Assembly (NCBI GenBank): GCA_036506735.1
Contig: DASXRG010000037.1
Location: 1,450 to 65,449, forward strand
DNA from: Candidatus Binatia bacterium
Lineage (GTDB): Bacteria > Desulfobacterota > Binatia > UBA9968
DNA: 64,000 nt
Reading direction: 5' to 3'
The notes beneath the pieces were generated by a model. The model was given only the letters and a program-made list of their open reading frames with translations, had not been told where the DNA came from and searched no databases. This document shows positions 55,205-63,866 of the stretch, piece after piece. The first letter of the stretch is position 1. Each line of letters opens with the position of its first letter. The translations under genes were made by a program, and so were the position numbers.

Positions 55205-56266
55205 ATGAAGCATAAACTTCGAAGCCTAGGATGGTTGATCCTCTGGTTGGCCGCGCTGCCCGGCACCGGACACTCCGACGTCGGCGACCTTCTCACGCAA
55301 GTCAATCGGAAGCCGGCGGAGGAGCGACAGCAGTTGTTGTTGGACAACGCCAAAAAAGAAGGCGGCTTGACTCTATATACCGCGACCAACGTCCGCGACA
55401 CTCAGGACGTGATCGCCGGATTCAACAAACATTATCCTTTTTTGAAGGTGAGCTCTTTGAGCCTGGGCGGTCCGGGCGTGCTCAACAAGATCACGACGGA
55501 GTACCGGGCGGGAGTGCACAACGCCGACGTGGTCGTGCTGACCGGAAATAACGCCCTGGAGCTGATCGACAAGAAAATCGTTGCTATCTACAGGAGTCCC
55601 ATGATTCCTTTCGTGCGCAAAGGCTTTGTCGACGAGGAGGGATTGTGGCCCGGCGTTTACGCGATCGGATATACCATCATCTATAATACGAAGAGAGTCG
55701 CTCCCAGAGAGATCCCGAAGCAGTACGAGGACCTGCTGAATCCCAGGTGGAAGGGCAACATGCTCATGGATGCCGAGGCCCACGATCTGCTCGCCGGCCT
55801 GATCGATCTTTGGGGCGAAAAAAAGGCGACTCATTTCCTGCAACAGCTCGCCGATGTGCAGGGGGTTCGGTTCGCGCGGCAGTCGCATACCTTCATGACC
55901 CAGCTCGTCGCCGCGGGAGAACACGATCTGATCGTCGATGGCTACGTGCACAATGCCGTCAAGATGAAATCCGAGGGCGCGCCGATCGATTTTGTTTCTT
56001 TGAATCCGACCATCGTGAGGACGCCGTCCGTCATCGCGATTTCGTCGCATGCCCCGCACCCTTACGCCGCGGCGCTCTTCGAGGACTATCATCTCTCGAA
56101 AGAGGCGAGCGAGATCATGGTGAAGAACCAGGGGAGATGGGCGCCGCGCAAGGACGTGAAATGGACGGTCGAGCCTGAAACCGACGTGCACGTCGTGCCC
56201 ATGTTCGTATGGGGAAGAAAAAACCGGGAGCTGGTCGAATTTTTCAACAAGCTGGCGAAACGCTAG
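55205..56266 (+). CDS. extracellular solute-binding protein, family 1 (iron(III)/AfuA-like fold)
   Basis: ORF 55025..56266 trimmed to MKHKLRSLGWLILWLAALPG (GGAGAA upstream). Paralogue of 18865..19974. Confidence 0.72.
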   Translation: MKHKLRSLGWLILWLAALPGTGHSDVGDLLTQVNRKPAEERQQLLLDNAKKEGGLTLYTATNVRDTQDVIAGFNKHYPFLKVSSLSLGGPGVLNKITTEYRAGVHNADVVVLTGNNALELIDKKIVAIYRSPMIPFVRKGFVDEEGLWPGVYAIGYTIIYNTKRVAPREIPKQYEDLLNPRWKGNMLMDAEAHDLLAGLIDLWGEKKATHFLQQLADVQGVRFARQSHTFMTQLVAAGEHDLIVDGYVHNAVKMKSEGAPIDFVSLNPTIVRTPSVIAISSHAPHPYAAALFEDYHLSKEASEIMVKNQGRWAPRKDVKWTVEPETDVHVVPMFVWGRKNRELVEFFNKLAKR

Positions 56267-56322
56267 AGCGCCGGTCAAGCAGCGTAGCTTTTCCGCGCGG
56301 AGCCGAGGAGGCGTACTTCAAG

Positions 56323-56820
56323 ATGAAGGTCGAAAAGGCAGAATTGGTCGTGCAGGGAATGAAAGAAGCCGGCATTGATTTCGCCGTCGGCGTTCCCGAC
56401 GCGCAGTTTATCGAAGTCTACAAGATGGTGGATGAAGATCCCGACATTTACTACGTGGGCGCCGCCAATGAAGCCGAAGCGGCTGGCATCGGCTTGGGCG
56501 CCTGGTTCGGCGGAAAAAAGCCGGCCCTGATTATCGCCACCTCCGGATTGTTGGTGGCGACGTATCATCTGGCGCGCATCAATCTTCTCCACGAAGTGCC
56601 GCTTTTGATCGTCATCCCGTACCGCGGCGACATCGGCGATCCGCGCTGGCTGGGACTCTACAAAAAAACCACCGAGCCCGCTCTGCAAGCCATGGATATT
56701 CCCTACCGGGTGGTGCGCCGTCCCCAAGACACGATCAGGACCATCAAAGAATCGAACGAGAGCGCCAGGGCCTGGCTAAAACCGGTGGCGGTGCTTTTGA
56801 CCGAGGAGGCTCTATGGTAA
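56323..56820 (+). CDS. thiamine-diphosphate enzyme N-terminal subunit (ComD/alpha-like), second copy
   Basis: ORF 56209..56820 trimmed to ATG 56323 (GAGGAGG upstream). Contains ANEAEAAGIGLGAWFGGKKPALIIATSGL. Confidence 0.75.
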   Translation: MKVEKAELVVQGMKEAGIDFAVGVPDAQFIEVYKMVDEDPDIYYVGAANEAEAAGIGLGAWFGGKKPALIIATSGLLVATYHLARINLLHEVPLLIVIPYRGDIGDPRWLGLYKKTTEPALQAMDIPYRVVRRPQDTIRTIKESNESARAWLKPVAVLLTEEALW

Positions 56821-57440
56821 CTCGATTCGCATTGCTGAAGGCGCTGTCGTCGGTTCTATCGGACGACGTGCTGGTCGTCGCCAGCATCGGCAACAACAGC
56901 GGCTTCTGGGGGCAGTTGAAGGAGAGAGAATCGAACTTGTTTCATATTACGCTCGGCATGTGCACTCCCACGGCGCTGGGTCTTGCGCTGGCGTTGCCGA
57001 ACCGGAAAGTCGTCGCGCTCGACGCCGACGGGAATCTCATCTTGAACCTCGGAGTGTTGGGGACGGTCGCCAACGAGAATCCCCGAAACTTGACCGTGAT
57101 CGTCATGGATAATCGCAATTACCTGGGGAGCCACAAGAACGAGCCGGGGATGCCGACGGCGACGGCCGGTAAGATGAACCTGGAGGGCGTGGCCAAGGCG
57201 AGCGGGATACGCAGCGCGAGCACCGCAAGAAACGTGGGCCAGTTTCACAAAAGCGTAAAGGCCGCGCTGGCAAGAAAGGGTCCGCACCTCATCGTCGCGA
57301 AGATTGCGTCTTTGGACAACGACCGGCCGGCCAGAGCCCGGCGGCTCCCGGACCCGCGCGAAAACAAGTATCGATTTGCTGCCTACATCGAAAGAACGGA
57401 ACGAGCGGAGATTCTCGGCAGCGGACTTGGAGGAGGATAA
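56814..57440 (+). CDS. thiamine-diphosphate enzyme C-terminal subunit (ComE/beta-like), second copy
   Basis: Its ATG lies inside the last codons of the alpha gene (ATGGTAA). ThDP motif LDADGNLILNLGVLGTVA...VIVMDNRNY. Confidence 0.75.
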   Translation: MVTRFALLKALSSVLSDDVLVVASIGNNSGFWGQLKERESNLFHITLGMCTPTALGLALALPNRKVVALDADGNLILNLGVLGTVANENPRNLTVIVMDNRNYLGSHKNEPGMPTATAGKMNLEGVAKASGIRSASTARNVGQFHKSVKAALARKGPHLIVAKIASLDNDRPARARRLPDPRENKYRFAAYIERTERAEILGSGLGGG

Positions 57441-58420
57441 TGAGTGCAGTGCTGGGCCTCTTCAAGCGAGTGTCGCTCTGCTCGCTGACGCTTTTGTTTC
57501 TGCTGTCGTCCGTTAGAGCGGCAGAATTGAAGAAGATCACTTTCGGTTATTCCAGCATCGGCGGGATGGCGACCGGCGTATGGATGACAAAAGAGGTCGG
57601 GGCGTTTGAGAAGTATGGAATTCAAGCGGATCTCATCTATATATCCTCCGGCCCCGTCGTCGTGCAGGCTCTGATCGGAGGCGACCTTCAGGGAGGCAGT
57701 GGCGCCAGCAACGCGGTGATCAACGCGATCTTGAACGGCGCGCAGATCGTAGCGGTGGGCGGCACCGCCAACCGGCCCTATCACAGACTCTGGGTGCAGC
57801 CGGAGATCAACCGCCTCGAGGATTTGCGCGGCAAGACTCTCGGCGTCACGCGCTTCGGCTCTATCACGGACAACCTGACGAGAATTTTGCTCAGGCGGAA
57901 TGGCTTGGAAAACGCGGTGACGGTTCGCCAGATGGGCGGGACGCCGGAGGTCGGCGCCGCGTTCCAGCAGAAGGCGATCGCGGGCGCGGTGACTTCCGAT
58001 CTCCGCGTCGGCGCCCACGTGCCGGCGAAGATCCTGCTGAACTTCGTCGACCTGGGTATTCCCTACTCGATGAATATGATCGCGGTCTCGCGCGATTACT
58101 ACCGGCGCAATCCGGAAACCGTGGAAGGGATGGTCAGGGCCTACACCGAGGGAGTGGCGGCGATGAACGATCAGAAGGACCGCGCGCTCAAGGTGATTGC
58201 CAAGTACGCGCGCCTGAGCGATCCCAAACAGATCGAAGAGCAATATAAAGACTCCGTAACTTATCTGGAGCGCGTCCCCCGCGTCGAGCCCGAGGCGGCG
58301 GCCACGATCCTCGAGTTCATGGGCAAGAAGGGGATTCCGCTGGAGACTTTTTTCGATAATTCGATAGTGGACCGGATGGTACGTGAGGGGTTCATCGACA
58401 AGCTCTATAAGAAAAGGTAA
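57440..58420 (+). CDS. periplasmic solute-binding protein, NMT1/THI5-like
   Basis: TAATG overlap with the previous gene. Signal peptide ends VRAAE. Confidence 0.8.
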   Translation: MSAVLGLFKRVSLCSLTLLFLLSSVRAAELKKITFGYSSIGGMATGVWMTKEVGAFEKYGIQADLIYISSGPVVVQALIGGDLQGGSGASNAVINAILNGAQIVAVGGTANRPYHRLWVQPEINRLEDLRGKTLGVTRFGSITDNLTRILLRRNGLENAVTVRQMGGTPEVGAAFQQKAIAGAVTSDLRVGAHVPAKILLNFVDLGIPYSMNMIAVSRDYYRRNPETVEGMVRAYTEGVAAMNDQKDRALKVIAKYARLSDPKQIEEQYKDSVTYLERVPRVEPEAAATILEFMGKKGIPLETFFDNSIVDRMVREGFIDKLYKKR

Positions 58421-58432
58421 ACAGGAACAGTC

Positions 58433-59167
58433 ATGGCGGAGATCGTCGCGCGGAAGCTGACGCAGGAGGAGGGCGGCATTCCCGGCTACATCGCCCATCC
58501 GGCGCGCGCCGAGCGGGGACCGGGATTATTGTTGATCCACCAACACTCCGGTCTGACCGGCTACTTGAAGACCGAGGCCTACAAGTTCGCGAAGCTCGGT
58601 TACTGCACCGTGATCCCTAACCTGTATCATTTGCTCGGCTATCCCGCGGAGACTCATATCCACACGGGGACCGAGATCCAGAACAAAACTCCCGACGGAG
58701 ATTTCGTGCGCGTCATCGACGCGGGCTGGCGATTTCTTATCGGCCGCGACGACGTCGATCCTGCGCGGGCCGGGGCGATCGGCTACTGCATGGGCGGCCG
58801 GATCGGCATTCACTTCGTGGCCGCCACTCCGCAAGTGCGAGCGTTCGTCGCCTACTACCCGTCCGTGAGAAACGAGCAGCCGACGCGTATACGGCCGCGC
58901 CACCCTTGCGACGCGGCGCGCGAGATCAAATGCCCTTCGATGGTGTTCTACGGCGGCCATGATTCCACCAGCACGATAGACGTGCAGCAGCGCGTCATGG
59001 AGAGTTTTCTCGCCAACGGCCAACCGCTTGAATGGCATTTTTTTCCGCGTGGAAATCACGGCTTCGCTTCGACGGAATCGGACGGCTACCAGCCTGAGCT
59101 CGCGGAGCTGGTCTGGCCGCTGGTGGTAGATTTTTTCAACCGCGAATTCAGGCAGCCGGCCCGCTAA
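58433..59167 (+). CDS. dienelactone hydrolase-family protein
   Basis: Nucleophile motif GYCMGG, alpha/beta-hydrolase layout and an HGF near the C-terminus. Confidence 0.82.
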   Translation: MAEIVARKLTQEEGGIPGYIAHPARAERGPGLLLIHQHSGLTGYLKTEAYKFAKLGYCTVIPNLYHLLGYPAETHIHTGTEIQNKTPDGDFVRVIDAGWRFLIGRDDVDPARAGAIGYCMGGRIGIHFVAATPQVRAFVAYYPSVRNEQPTRIRPRHPCDAAREIKCPSMVFYGGHDSTSTIDVQQRVMESFLANGQPLEWHFFPRGNHGFASTESDGYQPELAELVWPLVVDFFNREFRQPAR

Positions 59168-59230
59168 ATACGAAGGCGCCATGCCGGACAACCACACGAG
59201 CGACCAACCAGAATAAAGAAGGAGGGCACT

Positions 59231-59569
59231 ATGGAAAAGCCGAGAATAAGACATATCGCGATCAACGTTCAGGACCGGGACAAGGAGGCGGAATACTACA
59301 AGCGCGTCTTCGGCATGGAAGAAAAAACGCGCGGGCCGGGCGGCACGATCTATCTTTCCGACGGCCACGTCGACGTCGCGCTGATCAGCACGACCAAGTA
59401 TCCCTGGGGCATCAATCATTTCGGCTTCAAAGTCGACAGCGTCAAGGCCGTCGAGCAGACCGCCGACACGAAAGCGGAAGACAACACGTTCGGCGCGATC
59501 GCGGAAAGCTGGATCAAAGACCCGGAAGGCAATCGGGTGGATGTCTCCGAGCACGGCTGGCCGATATAA
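59231..59569 (+). CDS. VOC-family (glyoxalase/bleomycin-resistance/dioxygenase fold) protein
   Basis: 112 aa with AGGAGGG upstream. Contains IRHIAINV and INHFGFKV beta-alpha-beta-beta-beta modules. Confidence 0.8.
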   Translation: MEKPRIRHIAINVQDRDKEAEYYKRVFGMEEKTRGPGGTIYLSDGHVDVALISTTKYPWGINHFGFKVDSVKAVEQTADTKAEDNTFGAIAESWIKDPEGNRVDVSEHGWPI

Positions 59570-59572
59570 GTC

Positions 59573-59697
59573 GTGCGATGAAAAAGGCCCATATACTGCG
59601 TTGCGCTTCGAAACCCCTTGCTCGACGTACTGAAATGAGTACGCCTGCGCTCGTCGCTTTCTCGCGCGCCTTGTCTCTGGGACCTTTTTGATCGCGC
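59573..59697 (+). repeat. structured intergenic repeat, copy B
   Basis: Starts 4 nt after the TAA stop. The core is homologous to 1155..1254. Outer arms GTGCGATGAAAAAGGCCC and GGGACCTTTTTGATCGCGC are complementary but differ in sequence from the arms of copy A. Confidence 0.8.
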
Positions 59698-59730
59698 TCT
59701 AAACTTGAAATTTTCGCGGAGAGGAAGCAC

Positions 59731-60438
59731 ATGGACGAAAACGACTGGCGTTCGGCGCTCGGCGAGCTGGCGCGCGAGACGATGGCATCGCCGGAGGTAG
59801 AAAAATATTTTTCCGTGCCGATCACCAGGGCGCGGGCGCAGATCATCTTGCAGCAGTTGTCGCTTTACGTGCGCCACCGGCGCGACTGCTGGGCCTACGT
59901 CTCGGGCAACTGCCCCGTGCTGGCGGTGAAGCAGAAAATTCTCGGCCACGAGTACGAGGAGATGATCCGTGATTCACACTCCGAGCACGGCCATCTGGAT
60001 CTGATCATCCGACAGGGAAAAGCGATCGGCCTCACGGCGAAAGATATTCTCGAGACCAAGCCGGTTCCCTCGACGATGGCTACCTTATATAGCTGGGGCT
60101 GGATGACCAAGGCGAAGAGCTGGCTCGAAGGGTTGGGCGCGATGACAATCACCGAGTGGAATCAGGACGACCGCCTGCTCGGCGACCTGGGCGGCGGCCA
60201 CGCGTACAAGATGGGCCAGCGCTGGGTCGATCACCTGGGTCTCACCTGGGACGACCTGCCCAATTGGAAGGCGCACCGCGAAGCCGACAAGGAGCACACC
60301 GACATGTTTCTTCCCGTGCTCGCCGAATTCGCGGTCGGCGAAAAAGAGGCGATCGTTTTACAAGCGGCGCGCGAATCCGAAGAGCTTTACCGCACGTACC
60401 AGGCGGGGATAACCGCCGCGATGGAAGCGATCGACTAG
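59731..60438 (+). CDS. haem-oxygenase-fold protein, PqqC/CADD-like, cassette 1
   Basis: 235 aa with no signal peptide. Motifs GHEYEE, TITEW and HREADKEHTDMF. Conserved RHRRDCWAYVSGNCP. Confidence 0.7.
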   Translation: MDENDWRSALGELARETMASPEVEKYFSVPITRARAQIILQQLSLYVRHRRDCWAYVSGNCPVLAVKQKILGHEYEEMIRDSHSEHGHLDLIIRQGKAIGLTAKDILETKPVPSTMATLYSWGWMTKAKSWLEGLGAMTITEWNQDDRLLGDLGGGHAYKMGQRWVDHLGLTWDDLPNWKAHREADKEHTDMFLPVLAEFAVGEKEAIVLQAARESEELYRTYQAGITAAMEAID

Positions 60439-60445
60439 GAAAGAA

Positions 60446-61441
60446 ATGCGCGTGCTGAACGGTTTCGTCAAAGCGTACCGGCGTCGTGCGGTGTTCATGA
60501 CCGCGCTCGTGATTATCGTTGCGGCGGCGGGACTTGAGGCCGCGGACGCGCCCAAAGAGAAAGTCACTTTCGGATGGGCCGCGGTCAGCCCGACGATGGC
60601 CGGCATCTGGATGGCGAAAGAGACCGGCGCATTCGAGCGAAACGGCCTCAACGCGGAACTGGTCTATATCAGCTCGGGCGCCGTCGTGATCCAGGCGCTC
60701 GTCGGCGGCAGCGTGACCGCGGCCTTGGGCGCGAGCAACGCGGTGGTTGCAGCGATCCTCAAGGGCGCGCCGATCGTCGCCGTCGGCAGCAACACGAGCC
60801 GTCCCGGCATGGTGTTGTGGGTGCAGCCCGAGATCAGCAAGCCGGAGCAGTTGCAGGGGAAGACGATGGCGATCACGCGCTACGGCTCCACCAGCGACTT
60901 TGTCACCCGATTGATCCTGAAAAAACTGAACCTCGACGGCAAAGTCGAGATCCGCCAGTTCGGCGGCGTCGTCGAGGCCGACGTCGGCTTCCGCGCGCGC
61001 CAGGCGGCGGGCCGCGTCGCGTCGCAGGCGCCCGACCCGCAGGCCAGGGCGCTGGTCGACGCCGGGGAGCTCGGCATTCCGTTTTCGATGAACCTGCTCG
61101 CGGTGAGCAACGAGTTTTACCGGAAGTCGCCGTCGGTCGTCGAGCGGGTCGTCAAATCCTACGTCGACGGCATTGCGGCGCTGAGAACTAACAAGCAACA
61201 GGCGCTGCGCGTCCTGGGAAAATACATGGGCCAGCGCGGCGGCGCGCCGGAGATGCACTACGATTTCGTCGTCAAGTATCTCGATCCGGTGCCGCGCGTC
61301 GATCCCGCGGCGGTCGATACCATTCTCGAAATGGTCGGCCACTCCGGGCCCGCGCCGGCCAAGCTCTTCGACAACGCGGTGATCGACAAGCTGCGCAGCG
61401 AAGGCTATTTCAATAAATTGTATCCCGCGGGGAGCCGCTGA
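60446..61441 (+). CDS. periplasmic solute-binding protein, NMT1/THI5-like, cassette 1
   Basis: Signal anchor AVFMTALVIIVAAAGLEAADA. Paralogue of 57440..58420 and 62174..63133. Confidence 0.8.
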   Translation: MRVLNGFVKAYRRRAVFMTALVIIVAAAGLEAADAPKEKVTFGWAAVSPTMAGIWMAKETGAFERNGLNAELVYISSGAVVIQALVGGSVTAALGASNAVVAAILKGAPIVAVGSNTSRPGMVLWVQPEISKPEQLQGKTMAITRYGSTSDFVTRLILKKLNLDGKVEIRQFGGVVEADVGFRARQAAGRVASQAPDPQARALVDAGELGIPFSMNLLAVSNEFYRKSPSVVERVVKSYVDGIAALRTNKQQALRVLGKYMGQRGGAPEMHYDFVVKYLDPVPRVDPAAVDTILEMVGHSGPAPAKLFDNAVIDKLRSEGYFNKLYPAGSR

Positions 61442-62151
61442 TGAACGAAGCCGGCTGGAAAGATATTTTAGGCCGGATGGTGCGCGACTATATTCGCTCG
61501 CCTGAATTGGAGCGTTATTTTTCCGTTCCCATGACGAAGCGGCGCGCCGCGGTCATGGTGACGCAGCAGAGCCTGTTCGTGCGCCACCGGCGCGACTGCT
61601 GGGCCTACGTCTCGGGCAACTGCCCGGTGCTCGCGATCAAGCAGAGAGTTCTGGAGCACGAGTACGACGAGATCATCCGCGACCAGTTTTCCGAGTACGG
61701 CCACCTGGCGCTGATCATCAAGCAGGGGCAGTCCGTCGGGCTTACGCCCGAGGAGATCATCGACGCCGAGCCGCTGCCGGCCACGCGCGCGACGCTCTAC
61801 GCCTGGGGCTGGATCACGAAGGAAAAAAGCTGGCTCGAAGGGCTCGCCGCGATGACGATCACCGAATGGTGCAACGACGACCGGCTGCTCGGCGATCTCG
61901 GCGGCGGCCAGTCCACGCGCATGGCGAAGCGCTGGATGGAGGACATGGGGTTTACCTGGAAAGAGATTCCCAATTTACAGGCGCACAGCCAGGCGGATGA
62001 AAAGCACAGCGATATGTTCGTGCCTTTTTTGGCCCAGTACGCGACCGGCGAAAAAGAGGCGCTCGCGCTGCGCGCGGCGAAGGAGTCGTTGGACCTGAAC
62101 GCGATGTACCGCGAGGGCATCGCCGAGGCGCAGGAGCGGCTGACGGCGTGA
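61441..62151 (+). CDS. haem-oxygenase-fold protein, PqqC/CADD-like, cassette 2
   Basis: TGATG overlap with the previous SBP gene. Motifs EHEYDE, TITEW and HSQADEKHSDMF. Confidence 0.7.
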   Translation: MNEAGWKDILGRMVRDYIRSPELERYFSVPMTKRRAAVMVTQQSLFVRHRRDCWAYVSGNCPVLAIKQRVLEHEYDEIIRDQFSEYGHLALIIKQGQSVGLTPEEIIDAEPLPATRATLYAWGWITKEKSWLEGLAAMTITEWCNDDRLLGDLGGGQSTRMAKRWMEDMGFTWKEIPNLQAHSQADEKHSDMFVPFLAQYATGEKEALALRAAKESLDLNAMYREGIAEAQERLTA

Positions 62152-62173
62152 CGACTCTTGGAAAGCACGGCCG

Positions 62174-63133
62174 ATGTCGCAGATGAAGCGATTCAGCTTG
62201 ATCCTGACGGTCTTCTCCGCAGTCGCATTCGCTGCGGGCAGATGCGTCGCGCAGCAGAAAGTTACCGTCGCGTACTCTGCCGTGAGCCCCATCATGGCCG
62301 GCGTATGGATGGCGAAAGAGATCGGCGCGTTCGAGAAATACGGACTCAAGGCGGACCTGGTCTATATCAGCTCGGGAGCGATCACGGTGCAGGCGATGGT
62401 CGGCGGCGATCTGCACATGACCGTCGCCGCAAGCAACGCGGTGATCAGCGCGATCTTGCACGGCGCGCCGCTGGTCGCGGTCGGCAGCGTGACGAACCGT
62501 CCGGCGATGAGCCTGTGGGTCCAACCTGACATCACCAAGCCGGAGCAGCTCCAGGGAAAAATTTTAGCGATCACGCGTGCGGGATCGACGACCCATTTCT
62601 TGACCCTGGCCGTCCTCGACAAGCTCGGGGTTCGGGATAAGGCGAAGCTCCAATCCTTCGGCGGCACCATCGAGGCCGATACCGCCTTTCGCGCGGGGCT
62701 CGTCGCGGGCCGCGTTGCGTCGGTCAAGCCTGCGCCGCAGGCTCATTCACTGATCGATCTGCCGAAGCTCGGAATTCCTTTCTCGATGGATTTCATCGCG
62801 GTCAAGACCGATTTCAATCGGACCGCTCCAAAAACCGTCGAAGCGATGTTGAAGGCCTATATGGAAGGCGTGACGGCTCTCAGGTTGAAGGATCAGGCCT
62901 ATAGAGTATTGGAAAAATATCTGCGCCGCCCGGCCGCGACCCTCGACGAGCCGTACGAGTATGCCGTCAAGTACCTCGAGCGCGAGCCGAGAGTCGATCC
63001 GGCCGTGGTTCAGACGGTTCTGGATTGGGAAAGTAAACCGGACGTGCCGGTAAGCAAGTTTTTCGACAACGGCATCGTCGATCGCCTGATCAAGGAAGGT
63101 TTTGTCGATAATCTCGTCAAAGGAGGACGTTAA
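62174..63133 (+). CDS. periplasmic solute-binding protein, NMT1/THI5-like, cassette 2
   Basis: Signal peptide ends CVAQQ. Confidence 0.8.
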   Translation: MSQMKRFSLILTVFSAVAFAAGRCVAQQKVTVAYSAVSPIMAGVWMAKEIGAFEKYGLKADLVYISSGAITVQAMVGGDLHMTVAASNAVISAILHGAPLVAVGSVTNRPAMSLWVQPDITKPEQLQGKILAITRAGSTTHFLTLAVLDKLGVRDKAKLQSFGGTIEADTAFRAGLVAGRVASVKPAPQAHSLIDLPKLGIPFSMDFIAVKTDFNRTAPKTVEAMLKAYMEGVTALRLKDQAYRVLEKYLRRPAATLDEPYEYAVKYLEREPRVDPAVVQTVLDWESKPDVPVSKFFDNGIVDRLIKEGFVDNLVKGGR

Positions 63134-63852
63134 TGGAGGTTTCAGCCTGGAGAGAGCGCGTCGGCGAGATGGTGCGGGAGCACATGCGCTCGCCCGAGCT
63201 CCAGCATTATTTCTCGGTCAAGATGACGCGGCCGAGGGCGCAGCTCATGCTCGTGCAGCTCGGGCTCTACATCCGCCATCGCCGCGACTGCTGGTCCAAC
63301 GTTTCGTCCAATTGTCCGGAGATGGCGGTGAAGCACAAGATCCTCGAGCACGAGATCGGCGAGGTGATCAAGGACCGCTATTCCGAGCACGGCCACCTGG
63401 ACCTGATCGTGCGCCAGGGGCGCGCCGTCGACCTCAGCACGGAAGACGTCCTGAACGCGAAACCGATCCCGACCACGCAAGCGACGCTCTACGCCTGGGC
63501 GTGGATGACGCGCGCGAAGAGCTGGATCGAGGGGCTGGCGGCGCTCACCGTTACGGAATGGACCAACGACGACCGGCTGCTCGGCGATCTCGGCGGCGGC
63601 CATTCGACACGGATGGCGCGGCGCTGGATGGACGATATGGGCCTCAAGTGGAAGGACCTCCCCAATTTCGAAGCCCACGCCGAAGCGGACGAAGAGCACA
63701 GCGATATGTTCCTGCCGTTTCTTTCCACCTTTGCCACGGGAGAGAAGGAGAAGATGGCGCTGCAGGCGGTGCAAGAATCGCTCGATCTGTTTGCGATCTA
63801 TCGCGAAGGCGTGGCGGTGGCGATGGAAAAACTGGAAGAAAGTAAAAAGTAA
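63133..63852 (+). CDS. haem-oxygenase-fold protein, PqqC/CADD-like, cassette 3
   Basis: TAATG overlap with the previous SBP gene. Motifs EHEIGE, TVTEW and HAEADEEHSDMF. Confidence 0.7.
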   Translation: MEVSAWRERVGEMVREHMRSPELQHYFSVKMTRPRAQLMLVQLGLYIRHRRDCWSNVSSNCPEMAVKHKILEHEIGEVIKDRYSEHGHLDLIVRQGRAVDLSTEDVLNAKPIPTTQATLYAWAWMTRAKSWIEGLAALTVTEWTNDDRLLGDLGGGHSTRMARRWMDDMGLKWKDLPNFEAHAEADEEHSDMFLPFLSTFATGEKEKMALQAVQESLDLFAIYREGVAVAMEKLEESKK

Positions 63853-63866
63853 AAAAGGAGCGAAAA

